DNA of 46,757 nucleotides, taken from positions 1 to 46,757 of IMG/VR virus record IMGVR_UViG_2681813146_000008. One strand, written 5' to 3'. The position numbers were made by a program, and so were the translations under genes. Below the pieces are notes generated by a model, which had not been told where the DNA came from, made no database searches, and saw only the letters and a list, made by a program, of their open reading frames with translations. The stretch's first letter is position 1. Every line of letters starts with the position of its first letter. Positions 9,928-18,867 of this stretch are shown here, piece by piece. The stretch comes from a virus (Duplodnaviria; Heunggongvirae; Uroviricota; Caudoviricetes).

Positions 9928-10370
9928 TGATGAAATATCTGTACGTAAACAACCTGGCATATCCTTACGAACTTAAGTCTCTTTATGTTGAAAAAGGTGA
10001 GTGGCCTGAAGAAAAAGGTGTTGATATAGACGAAGTAATTTTCAGGGAATATTTCTATGATACACCACCAGAAGGAAAATACAGATGTGTCGGAGAAGAT
10101 GGACTGCCTGCATGGGTAGATATTCCTCCACCAACACGTGAAGAACAAATTGCATCAGCCGAAACTAAAAAGCAGCAATTGATTAATCAGGCCAACGATT
10201 ACATCAACAGTAAACAATGGCCAGGTAAAGCATCAATTGGTCGTCTGAAAGGTGAGGAACTGGTGCAATATAATTTGTGGCTGGATTATCTGGACGCACT
10301 GGAGCTGATCGATACTTCCGGTGCGCCAGATATTGAATGGCCTACGCCTCCGGCAGTTCAGGCCAGATGA
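9927..10370 (+). CDS. Tail fibre assembly protein, alternative copy (Tfa/U'-like)
   Basis: 147 aa; start overlaps Sv' stop (TAATG); C-terminal part conserved with the opposite-strand Tfa; convergent with it. Confidence 0.75.
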   Translation: MMKYLYVNNLAYPYELKSLYVEKGEWPEEKGVDIDEVIFREYFYDTPPEGKYRCVGEDGLPAWVDIPPPTREEQIASAETKKQQLINQANDYINSKQWPGKASIGRLKGEELVQYNLWLDYLDALELIDTSGAPDIEWPTPPAVQAR

Positions 10371-10953
10371 CATCCGGCGCTGTGCTGGTATCTGTTGCCG
10401 TCACCGCGTCAATGTAATCCAGCACAGCGTTAAGGCGGGTTGTTTCTGCCTGCGTCAGTTTACGTCCGGCCTGCAATTTCAGCTGAATCAGACTGATGGA
10501 GGCCATTGCAGTATCAATCAGCGACTGGCGCTGTGCTTCTGCTGCATCTACTGCTGCGCCGTGCTGTGCCTCGGTATCCGTCACCCATTTCTCACCATCC
10601 CATTTATCGTATGGGGTTAACGGGGCGATAGTGGTTGTATTATCAGGATAATCACCCGGAGCTGTGATTTCTTTCGATTCTCCTGTTTCGGTGCTATAGA
10701 CGATTTCACCGCGATGATCTGGCACATATTTCCATGAATTTAAATCTACAGAGCGACAGATTGCATAACCAGCTTTATGTGTACCTGGTGCATCCAAACA
10801 AGAACATGCCGGAATACCGACGCCGACAGCGAGATATTCAGTTGATGTAGAAATATATTCCCGCGTTTCTCCGTTGTAGTTGTAAACGGTAATAAAGCCA
10901 GCTTCCGTGGCAAATCCGTTTTCATCCAAAGTGATTTTTTTTGTGGTCATCAT
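10342..10953 (-). CDS. Tail fibre assembly protein (G/Tfa-like)
   Basis: 203 aa directly downstream of H; C-terminal motif similar to the 9927-10370 product. Confidence 0.8.
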   Translation of the reverse strand: MMTTKKITLDENGFATEAGFITVYNYNGETREYISTSTEYLAVGVGIPACSCLDAPGTHKAGYAICRSVDLNSWKYVPDHRGEIVYSTETGESKEITAPGDYPDNTTTIAPLTPYDKWDGEKWVTDTEAQHGAAVDAAEAQRQSLIDTAMASISLIQLKLQAGRKLTQAETTRLNAVLDYIDAVTATDTSTAPDVIWPELPEA

Positions 10954-12476
10954 GATGCCCTTACAATGTAGTTAAATGCAATGTTACGTGGTCGGTTTTC
11001 TTCCGCAGTTGGTACAACTCTGGCGGCGGAAAAACCTACGTCATACCTATTACCGGGCGATGAGGTTGTTTGACCAGCGCCGCCTTCGTGTGCAGCATTA
11101 AATGGCCCTGTTACCCACTCGTCTGCTGTCCTCTGGTTTCCCGCAGTGGTCATAAGTCCCAAGAGCTTCCCTGATATGTCCCTTATAGCATCACCTTGTG
11201 CGGACAGCAGCGCTCGCCCTGAATCGACCCCACGCCCGTCATCCCAGCCACGAATAAACTCACCACGTAAATCTGGCAATTTATTTGTCGGATAAACTTT
11301 TGCCAGTTCCGGATACTCTTCGGCAGAAAAAGGTGCACCATTGCATTTCAGCCAGCCTGTTGGCGGAGTGGCTGAAGGCCACGGAACAGGCACACCAACG
11401 GGTAATGCCGAACCTTCTCCCAAACCAAGGTATGCGAGAAGACCAGCTACATCCTTTCCACTCAAATTGGTAAGCGTATTGTCCAGCGGTTGTTTACCTG
11501 CCAGCGCATTAAGCATTGTCGTGGCAAAGTTCGGATCATTCCCCAGTGCCGCCGCCAGTTCGTTCAGTGTATCCAGTGCCGCGGGTGCAGAACCCACCAT
11601 TGCTGCAATCGCTGATTTCACAAAAGCTGTAGTGGCAATCTGTGTATTGTTGACCGACTGTGCCGCAGTAGGTGCTGTTGGCGTTCCGGTGAGTGCCGGA
11701 CTCGACAGCGGCGCTTTTTGTGCCAGCGCATTGTTAATGGTGGTACTGAAATTCGGATCATTGTTAATGGCTGCGGCTATTTCTTTCAGCGTGTCCAGCG
11801 TGGCTGGCGCACCATTAATAAGGGCCGTGAGTGCCGCCTGAACAAACGCGGTGGTCGCAAGCTGCGTGGTATTATTCCCCGCCGCTGGCGTTGGCGCTTT
11901 GGGGGTTCCGGTAAACGTTGGACTTTCTTTGGGTGCATACTGTGAATGCGGGTCCAGTGCGGCAAGATGTTTTGCCATCAGGTCATCCACGTACACCTTC
12001 AGCTCCAGTGCCTTGTCATCCACATACTTGCGGGTTGCCAGCACAACGGCAGGGTCGATTTTCAGGGTGATATTGTCCGTGCTGCTGGTTATCAGCACCA
12101 TGCGCACGGTCTGGGTACGCCCACTGCCTTCAGCCAGTTGCGGCTTATAGCTTTCCGGGCAGTTGCCCACGGCAATCAATGCCCCGGACTCATCAAACAG
12201 GCCCACTTCACGTATCCACCAACCGCCCTCGTTTTCAGGGATCACCTGTTCAGCAATAATCTGGCTGCTGTTCTGCGGGTCGATATAGAGCATATTCAAC
12301 GCAGCCCGGCGTTTCTCATTTACTAATGCTGTCTGCTTTGCGTCCGGCGTTGGCAATGTTCCGCCGCCATCGCCGACCGCCATATGGGTAATTTTTAAAG
12401 GCACACCGAGCGCGGTGGCGCTGGCAAGTTTCGCCGCGCCAATATCCGTCAGCAGGGTATAAAATTTTGTGCTCAT
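10950..12476 (-). CDS. H: Tail fibre protein H (constant N-terminus plus currently fused variable C-terminus)
   Basis: 508 aa; Gly/Ala/Thr-rich repeats typical of tail fibres; crossover site lies in-frame at the GLGE codons. Confidence 0.9.
   Translation of the reverse strand: MSTKFYTLLTDIGAAKLASATALGVPLKITHMAVGDGGGTLPTPDAKQTALVNEKRRAALNMLYIDPQNSSQIIAEQVIPENEGGWWIREVGLFDESGALIAVGNCPESYKPQLAEGSGRTQTVRMVLITSSTDNITLKIDPAVVLATRKYVDDKALELKVYVDDLMAKHLAALDPHSQYAPKESPTFTGTPKAPTPAAGNNTTQLATTAFVQAALTALINGAPATLDTLKEIAAAINNDPNFSTTINNALAQKAPLSSPALTGTPTAPTAAQSVNNTQIATTAFVKSAIAAMVGSAPAALDTLNELAAALGNDPNFATTMLNALAGKQPLDNTLTNLSGKDVAGLLAYLGLGEGSALPVGVPVPWPSATPPTGWLKCNGAPFSAEEYPELAKVYPTNKLPDLRGEFIRGWDDGRGVDSGRALLSAQGDAIRDISGKLLGLMTTAGNQRTADEWVTGPFNAAHEGGAGQTTSSPGNRYDVGFSAARVVPTAEENRPRNIAFNYIVRAS
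11415..11440. repeat. Invertase crossover site, right (inside H)
   Basis: ttctcccaaacc-aa-ggtatgcgagaa; inverted partner of 9581-9606. Confidence 0.75.
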
Positions 12477-13078
12477 GGATTTACTCTCATTGTGTCAATA
12501 ACATGGACCGCCCCGCCTTCATGCGCGGTGCCGCCGGAAATAATTGTTTCGTTGATATACGGATAGATCGTGATTTCTTCGCCAAGATAGCTGGCGGCTC
12601 CCACCCAATGCGGGCCGCTGGTCTGCAGATTGATGGACATGCCGATCATGTGGCGGCTACATGGTTTGGCATCGCTTATCAGTCGCTCAAGTTCCAGATA
12701 GGTATCTTCAGTGATGCCCTGGTCCTGCACGCCGATATCCAGGCGAAACGTGCCCGGTGCCTCTCCGGTTTGCCACCACTCAATAATGCGGATCAGAAAG
12801 CCGAACGGCTCCACCACCCGCCGCACGGCACTGGTGGTCCCTTTATGCTGATGAATATAAAAAGCATCCTTCACCACCTGGCGCTTGACGCTTTCTGTCC
12901 AGCCCTCGTCCCAGCGATCCACAGAGAACGCCCAGGCGAGATAAGGCAGGAAACTGACCGGACAGGTTGCCGGATTCCACAAGTCACGAAGCGGCACCTG
13001 CAGATCAGAAATCCCGCTGCAGGTTTGCGCCAGTCGGCGCTCCAGTGGTGTTGAACCCGGTGGCAGCAGACTATTCAT
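12473..13078 (-). CDS. I: Baseplate assembly protein I
   Basis: 201 aa, P2 gpI-like (WNPxTCP, LAWAFSVDRWDE motifs). Confidence 0.88.
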   Translation of the reverse strand: MNSLLPPGSTPLERRLAQTCSGISDLQVPLRDLWNPATCPVSFLPYLAWAFSVDRWDEGWTESVKRQVVKDAFYIHQHKGTTSAVRRVVEPFGFLIRIIEWWQTGEAPGTFRLDIGVQDQGITEDTYLELERLISDAKPCSRHMIGMSINLQTSGPHWVGAASYLGEEITIYPYINETIISGGTAHEGGAVHVIDTMRVNP

Positions 13079-13979
13079 CCGTTCCTCCGTTGGTTACGCT
13101 CCACTGCGTACATGATGCCGCCTGTGTTTTGTTCAGGACCACATCCGCCAGAGGAGAAGCCAGCTCCACACGCTGCACACCCTCAACATGCAGGGCGGCA
13201 AAGATGGCGCTACGGCGAATATCCCGACCAAGCCGCGTCTGACTGGCGATGTACTTCTGCAGGCTGGCTTTTGCCGCTGCCATTACCGGCTCTGCTTCCG
13301 GTCCAGGATAGAGAAAAATGGTGGCTTCCACGCGATACGGGATGATTTCTGCGCTGCGAACCGTAAGACGGTCAGCCACCGGGCGGACGTTCTCACTGTT
13401 CAGAGCTTTTTCCACCACGTCCAGCAGGTCTTTTTCTGCAGTTCCATCGCCTTCGCGGCTAAGGACAGTCAGCACAACCTCTGCAGGTGCCGGGCTGGTT
13501 GCACTGGCATCCGCCACCCGACCGTCGGCGCTTCGGGCATGAAATTCATAAGCTGCAGTTGGCCCCGCAACTGAAAGCCCTTCAAAGGCTGCAGGCACAC
13601 GCAGGCGTAACGCTTCATCGCTTTCCATCACAGCTGCAACGGGCGGCACAGCGTCATTATCAGCAGGCGTCACCGTCAGGCGTTTTACGTTGTAGTTGGC
13701 AGCGAGCTGGTCAAGATCGCTGCCCATCGCGTAAGCCGCCATCACAGCCTGCGCGGCTTCGTTAATGCGCTGGCGCAGAAGCAACTCACGGTAAGCGTTC
13801 TCCTGCAGCAATTTGGTGACGGGTTCAGATTCCAGTTCCAGCGTGCGGATCACTGCTTCCTGCTCATCTTTCGGATGAAGCGCAACAAATTCGGCCTTGC
13901 GTTCGGCAAGCAGCGTCTCAAAGTCCGGCACATCCACAATCTGCGGCGCAGGCAACTGCGAAAGGTCAATCACTGCCAT
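13071..13979 (-). CDS. J: Baseplate protein J
   Basis: Start moved to internal Met (MAVIDLSQLPAP) giving 302 aa, as in P2 gpJ; the track ORF extends to 14018. Confidence 0.85.
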   Translation of the reverse strand: MAVIDLSQLPAPQIVDVPDFETLLAERKAEFVALHPKDEQEAVIRTLELESEPVTKLLQENAYRELLLRQRINEAAQAVMAAYAMGSDLDQLAANYNVKRLTVTPADNDAVPPVAAVMESDEALRLRVPAAFEGLSVAGPTAAYEFHARSADGRVADASATSPAPAEVVLTVLSREGDGTAEKDLLDVVEKALNSENVRPVADRLTVRSAEIIPYRVEATIFLYPGPEAEPVMAAAKASLQKYIASQTRLGRDIRRSAIFAALHVEGVQRVELASPLADVVLNKTQAASCTQWSVTNGGTDE

Positions 13980-14325
13980 TCTCTGCTCCTGTTGATACGG
14001 AAAGGGAAACAGGCACACCGTTATTACGCCGCCCGCTCAGCGCCACCACCATTGAACCGTCAAAATTGCTGTTGATGGTGATGGAATCCAGCGTCATCCG
14101 TGGCTCCCAGCGACTCAGCGCCACATACACTGCCGACATGACCTGCAGGCGTAATGCCGGATTTTGTGGCTGGTCTATTAGCGACGACAGCAGGGAACCA
14201 TATTCACGACGAGCAATGCGGCTACCCTGCGGCGTCAGCAGAATGTCCCGCACCGACTGGCGCAGATGGTCAATATCAGTAATGACTTTGCCGCTGGTAT
14301 TGTTCATCCCGCTATAAAGCGTCAT
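13966..14325 (-). CDS. W: Baseplate protein W
   Basis: 119 aa, P2 gpW-like; ATGA overlap with V stop. Confidence 0.88.
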   Translation of the reverse strand: MTLYSGMNNTSGKVITDIDHLRQSVRDILLTPQGSRIARREYGSLLSSLIDQPQNPALRLQVMSAVYVALSRWEPRMTLDSITINSNFDGSMVVALSGRRNNGVPVSLSVSTGAENGSD

Positions 14326-14900
14326 ACCGGGCCTCCGGTTGTATCGCCGCCTTTCAGGACGCCAGTATGCTGATGCGCATCAACCACGATCCCGTTAGAA
14401 CTCATCGCTCCGCCGCCCTGGGTAACGCCACCATTAATCACCACTTCGCTGTTAATGCGCGTGCGGTCAGCCTCCAGTACAAACTCACTGGTTTTCATGG
14501 TGATGTTGTCAGCGGCCTCAATGACCATTGATTTGATGCCCCTGACATACCAGCGCCCGGTGGCGGGTTCGTATTCAAACCAGCCACCGTCAGGATGTTC
14601 TGTCACGCAGGCGTCCGCCGACGTCGACGGTGGCGCGAACTGATTCGAATAGATGGCGGGTAACGCAAAGGCGGTTTCCAGATTGCCGCCCAGACTCAGC
14701 AGCACCACCTGCTCACCTTCCGATGGTCGCCACCATGTGCGGGCATTCCCGGCACGCAGCGTCAGCCAGCTGATCCAGTTGGTTTCAAGCTCGCCCGTTT
14801 TCACCCGGCAAAGCCAGTTTTCCCTGTCCACTTCGGTGACTACCCCAGTGCGGATCAGGTTGGTGATAAGGCGCATGATTTCGGTTAATTGTGCGTTCAT
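14322..14900 (-). CDS. V: Baseplate spike/hub protein V
   Basis: 192 aa, P2 gpV-like. Confidence 0.88.
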   Translation of the reverse strand: MNAQLTEIMRLITNLIRTGVVTEVDRENWLCRVKTGELETNWISWLTLRAGNARTWWRPSEGEQVVLLSLGGNLETAFALPAIYSNQFAPPSTSADACVTEHPDGGWFEYEPATGRWYVRGIKSMVIEAADNITMKTSEFVLEADRTRINSEVVINGGVTQGGGAMSSNGIVVDAHQHTGVLKGGDTTGGPV

Positions 14901-14946
14901 AGGGAAAGGTTGCCATCAGGGGAAGAAAGGCGGCAGTGCTGCAACT

Positions 14947-14964
14947 TGTATCAGTGCTGATACA
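14947..14964. promoter_or_regulatory. Ogr-type activator dyad (TGT-N12-ACA) between S and V (late promoter PV-like)
   Basis: TGTATCAGTGCTGATACA within the perfect 20-bp palindrome ttgtatcagtgctgatacaa. Confidence 0.55.
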
Positions 14965-14968
14965 AAGA

Positions 14969-15415
14969 TCACCCCGCCAGCCATTGCAGAATCATGTCGC
15001 GGGTCATTGCCTCAACATCATCATTTACACCCAGCAGGCGGCGCTCTGCGTAACGGACCTCCGGTCCTTTGCGACTGACGCGATCACGCAGGCCGTAATG
15101 GTGAACACGAGCAATACGCTGCACCTTGCCTTCAAACTGTACGCTGGCAGAGTCGGCGCTGGCGGCAGTTTTCAGGTATTTTGTGGTGCGCAGCTTTGCA
15201 AACATCTGACGTTTGATGCGGCCTTTTTTGCTGCGTGCTGTTACCCTGCGCGGTTCATAACTGCTGCCATCTGGATTGCGCTGCATCCTGATATTCTGCT
15301 GCTGTGTCCGGCGCAGTTCCTGCGCCAGCTGGCGCATCATGCGGCTTCTCGTGGCTGGTTCCAGATTCGCCAGCAAGGCACTCAGCCAGTCGTCCACCTT
15401 CTGCAGTTCAGCCAC
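14969..15415 (-). CDS. S: Tail completion protein S
   Basis: 148 aa with GTG start; P2 gpS-like. Confidence 0.85.
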   Translation of the reverse strand: MAELQKVDDWLSALLANLEPATRSRMMRQLAQELRRTQQQNIRMQRNPDGSSYEPRRVTARSKKGRIKRQMFAKLRTTKYLKTAASADSASVQFEGKVQRIARVHHYGLRDRVSRKGPEVRYAERRLLGVNDDVEAMTRDMILQWLAG

Positions 15416-15860
15416 GTTTCACCGTCCACATATCTTCAGGTTCATCGGGTTCTGCTACAGCTTCAACGCTCGACACACTGCCGTCAGTACTGACCAGCAC
15501 ACGTTCCGTCAGTTGCAGGTTAAGGCTGATATCACAGACATCGTTGCGCAAAATATCCACCTCAAAGGTGAATAGCTTTTCCCGTAACGCCGGGTTATTG
15601 ATGGCATCGGGCTGGTTATCCCGAAGCCACAGTAAAACCGGGGCCATCAGCAGATTCTGGTCGCCGCTGAAATCCTCTATCACCACGTTCAGGGTATAGC
15701 GGTACTCCCATGACATGGAGCTGGCCCCCGTGGCAACCAGCGAACCGTTATCCACAAACAGATGCAGTTTGTCCGGGTTATTGCGGACATAAGGCACCGC
15801 TTTATTGAGGGCGTGGCGCAGGGATTGTGGTTTGTTCACTGTTTCGCTCCTGACACGCAA
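15408..15860 (-). CDS. R: Tail completion protein R
   Basis: 150 aa; P2 gpR-like. Confidence 0.85.
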   Translation of the reverse strand: MRVRSETVNKPQSLRHALNKAVPYVRNNPDKLHLFVDNGSLVATGASSMSWEYRYTLNVVIEDFSGDQNLLMAPVLLWLRDNQPDAINNPALREKLFTFEVDILRNDVCDISLNLQLTERVLVSTDGSVSSVEAVAEPDEPEDMWTVKRG

Positions 15861-16092
15861 TAATCATGTCCACTTTGTCTGCACAGACCGCCCAGGCGGC
15901 CTCCGTTTCATCCAGCAACGCGTTCAGGTCACCGTTAGTGCGCGGCGCTGCCTGCCCCAGCCGACACGGTGTCACTCGCGGACAACCACTGACGGTAAGC
16001 TGCACCTCCGGTGAGTGTGGGGCGTTCCCGCAGCCGGATAATGTCAGCAGGCAAAGGAGTATCAGCCCAGCGGCGTAAATCCTCGTTCTCAC
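15802..16092 (-). CDS. lysC: LysC-like outer-membrane spanin (lipoprotein), nested in lysB in another frame
   Basis: 96 aa; lipobox LLTLSGC; fully embedded in the 3' part of lysB, the Rz/Rz1 arrangement. Confidence 0.75.
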   Translation of the reverse strand: MRTRIYAAGLILLCLLTLSGCGNAPHSPEVQLTVSGCPRVTPCRLGQAAPRTNGDLNALLDETEAAWAVCADKVDMIIACQERNSEQTTIPAPRPQ

Positions 16093-16363
16093 GTTTCAGT
16101 TCCTCAATCCGGTGTTGTCGTTGTCTCAGCAGTACACTGGTCTGTTCTGCTTCGGCATAGAGCCGCGCCTGCTCCCGGTTATTGGTTTCAGTCAGAATGG
16201 ACAGGCTGATAAGCTGGCTGTTGCTCTTTGCCAGTGCCTGGCTTTTGCTCCGAAGCTCGTCTGCCTGCGTGCTGATGGTCTGGCTGACATCAGCCAGCCG
16301 CCACGTCTGCCAGCCCAGCGCCGCCAGTAATAACGCCAGCACAACCAGCAGCAACCGGTTCAT
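15935..16363 (-). CDS. lysB: LysB-like inner-membrane spanin
   Basis: 142 aa; N-terminal transmembrane helix then charged coiled-coil region. Confidence 0.8.
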   Translation of the reverse strand: MNRLLLVVLALLLAALGWQTWRLADVSQTISTQADELRSKSQALAKSNSQLISLSILTETNNREQARLYAEAEQTSVLLRQRQHRIEELKRENEDLRRWADTPLPADIIRLRERPTLTGGAAYRQWLSASDTVSAGAGSAAH

Positions 16364-16737
16364 GCTGCTACCTGTTGCGCAATCTGATTACGGATCATCC
16401 AGAAGGCAATAACGGTCAGCAGATAAAAGACCAGGGTAATAGCCCACCCAGTCCAGGCGAAACTTACGACAATCAGCAATCGCATCACCCAGCTGATAAA
16501 TACGTTTTCTTTTCGGGTAATGGTCTTTAGCAAAGATGCCCTCAACTCCTGCCAGAGCGGGCCATTCTGAATTAACGCAGCCAGTGCTACCGGAATTACC
16601 GCCCATGTCAGCAAACAGGCTACCCAAACGCCGGACGCTGCCAGTACCGGAAAGATCCCCTGCGGATACACCATTGCTGCGATTAACAGCGCCATCCATA
16701 ACATCAGAAACAGTCCGCTGATTAATTTCTTTTTCAT
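16360..16737 (-). CDS. lysA: LysA-like membrane protein (lysis timing)
   Basis: Multi-transmembrane small protein; start set at internal Met (MKKKLISG) just after the endolysin stop; the track ORF extends to 16809. Confidence 0.65.
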   Translation of the reverse strand: MKKKLISGLFLMLWMALLIAAMVYPQGIFPVLAASGVWVACLLTWAVIPVALAALIQNGPLWQELRASLLKTITRKENVFISWVMRLLIVVSFAWTGWAITLVFYLLTVIAFWMIRNQIAQQVAA

Positions 16738-16738
16738 T

Positions 16739-17251
16739 TCAGTTTGCTCCCTGTAAGCACCAGGCCATCTCCCGCGCACGGCGGTTATCCAGCCCCTGAT
16801 TAAAAACACCTTTCACATAAACCCAGCGCGGCAACTGTCGGCACGCATCCGCCCAGCGCCGCTGGTTGAGTAATTTCACCAGCGTGGAACTGCAGGCATT
16901 GCCCGTTCCCACGTTGAAGGCAAACGACACCACCGCGTCATACACCTTCTGCGGCGGCTGTTGCTTCACACACCTTTCCAGCGCCCGCTCCACACGCAGC
17001 ACGTTGGAGATCAGCCCTTCCGCTGCCTGTCGTTCCGTAATAATTTTGCCGGGAATGACGCCCGATGTATTACCAATGCCGTCGGTCCAGACACCCGCGC
17101 TGCACTGATACGGCTGCAGACGACAGCCTTCGTAATCGGCAATCAGTTTCAGCCCCTCCACGGAGGTGTGAAGCTGCTGAAAACCCGGCAGCGTGGCAGC
17201 AATAGCCAGCACGGCCCCGACAAGGCAGCGTTTAACGATTGATGGATTCAT
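16739..17251 (-). CDS. Endolysin, phage lysozyme with N-terminal signal-anchor-release (SAR) domain
   Basis: 170 aa; hydrophobic N-terminus LVGAVLAIAATLPG; catalytic-region pattern resembling phage 21 R endolysin. Confidence 0.8.
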   Translation of the reverse strand: MNPSIVKRCLVGAVLAIAATLPGFQQLHTSVEGLKLIADYEGCRLQPYQCSAGVWTDGIGNTSGVIPGKIITERQAAEGLISNVLRVERALERCVKQQPPQKVYDAVVSFAFNVGTGNACSSTLVKLLNQRRWADACRQLPRWVYVKGVFNQGLDNRRAREMAWCLQGAN

Positions 17252-17447
17252 AGTCCTCCCGCGAGATCTGCCCGTCGCGCAGAAGCTGGTAGGCTTTGTG
17301 TTTGTAGTACCAGTTGATAGCCAGCATCAGCACACCAATCATCAGGCCGCCCAGCGTTGAGGCATCCTTGATGGACAAATCGCCCAGCCAGGCCAGCACG
17401 ACGGCGATGCAATACGTGATAAAGGCGCTGATTCGCTCAAGCGTCAT
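17232..17447 (-). CDS. Holin (pinholin-like)
   Basis: 71 aa with two transmembrane segments and a charged C-terminus, immediately upstream of the SAR endolysin. Confidence 0.75.
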   Translation of the reverse strand: MTLERISAFITYCIAVVLAWLGDLSIKDASTLGGLMIGVLMLAINWYYKHKAYQLLRDGQISREDYESINR

Positions 17448-17450
17448 AAT

Positions 17451-17654
17451 TCAGTCCCATAGCTGGACGGTCTGCACGGTGGTGGTTGTCGGAATGTCCG
17501 GCAGCTCCACCTGCAGCCCGTGAGGTAAAAAGGGGCCGTATTCGGCAAGCCCCGGATTTGCCTTCAGTACCTGCTCCGTGACACCCTGCGTGCGCCCGTA
17601 ATGACGCCAGCAAAGTGCGTCCACCGTGTCATACTGATGCGCACGCACTTTCAT
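17451..17654 (-). CDS. X: Tail protein X
   Basis: 67 aa, same length and position as P2 gpX. Confidence 0.85.
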   Translation of the reverse strand: MKVRAHQYDTVDALCWRHYGRTQGVTEQVLKANPGLAEYGPFLPHGLQVELPDIPTTTTVQTVQLWD

Positions 17655-18118
17655 CAGATAAGCTCCACTGTGCAGTGCGGCGCATCCTGCACCCGGCTGA
17701 TGGCCCAGCGGGCGTCACGCCATAAATCACCGCTTGCTTCCGCCAGTTCCTCGCCTCGCTTCGCACCGGATGCCGTGGCGTCATAGTCCTGGTAACGTTC
17801 GTTGAGCATGGCGCGTGCCCAGCAGTAAACCGCGTTGAAATAGTGCTGAATGCGCTCGCTTTTGCCGTCCAGCTGCTCCGCCGGGACTTCTGCCAGCGAG
17901 GCATACCCCAGCATCTGCTGGCGTCTGCGAAACTCATACAGCTCTGCGTTGACCTCCGAAATTGCCGACAGGGCAACCTGTTTTAAACGCGGCTGCGTCA
18001 CCGTGCCGTCAGTGCGCATCACACTGCGAAACTCCGACAGGTCCACATCAGGCCAGAACGGCGTATTCCTGATGATTTCCGCCTGTTCCGGTGCCTGTTC
18101 TGGCGCAACAAACTTCAT
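17654..18118 (-). CDS. L: Head completion/stabilisation protein L
   Basis: Start set at internal Met MKFVAPE preceded by an AGGAG RBS; the track ORF extends to 18181. Confidence 0.8.
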   Translation of the reverse strand: MKFVAPEQAPEQAEIIRNTPFWPDVDLSEFRSVMRTDGTVTQPRLKQVALSAISEVNAELYEFRRRQQMLGYASLAEVPAEQLDGKSERIQHYFNAVYCWARAMLNERYQDYDATASGAKRGEELAEASGDLWRDARWAISRVQDAPHCTVELI

Positions 18119-18213
18119 GCTGCTTTCTCCTGAAATAGAGGGCGGTGGACGGGGTTTTGATGTGGCAGTGCCTTTCGCCACCCCGTGCCGCCCGTGCGCG
18201 GGGGCACGTTCTG

Positions 18214-18864
18214 TCAGCGGCTGTCATTGCGCAGTCTGCGCTCCAGCTGCTGTTTGTCTTTTTTCACGCCACAGCGGGGATCGAGCTGTAACGCATGGTT
18301 GAGATGATTAAGGGCAGACGCCGGATTTCTTTCACTCAGGACAGCGCCAATCGCTTTATGCAGACGCGCCCGTGACTGGTCCGGCATATCCAGACCGTCT
18401 GTCAGCTCCAGGGTCTGCAGCAACAGATCGGCATCAAAGCCGGTGGCGGCAAGCATTGCGCTCTGGGCTGCATCTGCCATTTCCTCTGCCAGCACGGTCT
18501 GCACGTTGCGGTTACCTAACGGCATCACCCAGCCATGACGCAGGGCGTGACGCCCGATCTCCAGCGCCCCGGCATAATCTCCGGCATCAATGCGCCACAG
18601 CATCACGTACATCAGCACGTCATCCTGTTGAGCGCCTCCGGCAGCCAGGACACCCTCCGCCCAGGCGGCGTACTTCGGCAGCAGCTCCACCTTGATTTCC
18701 GCTTTTTTGACCGTGGACTGAACGCCCTTGAGACGGCGGCGGTCTTCCGCCAGTTGCAGCAGCATCAGGTCATAGCCCGATGCGTGGCGAACACTGCCGC
18801 CCTCGCGGGCGGCCTGTTCAGCCTGAACGCGCAGGCGATGCTGCCGTGCGGGACTCAGGCTCAT
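18214..18864 (-). CDS. M: Terminase endonuclease (small) subunit M
   Basis: 216 aa, P2 gpM-like. Confidence 0.85.
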   Translation of the reverse strand: MSLSPARQHRLRVQAEQAAREGGSVRHASGYDLMLLQLAEDRRRLKGVQSTVKKAEIKVELLPKYAAWAEGVLAAGGAQQDDVLMYVMLWRIDAGDYAGALEIGRHALRHGWVMPLGNRNVQTVLAEEMADAAQSAMLAATGFDADLLLQTLELTDGLDMPDQSRARLHKAIGAVLSERNPASALNHLNHALQLDPRCGVKKDKQQLERRLRNDSR

Positions 18865-18867
18865 GGA

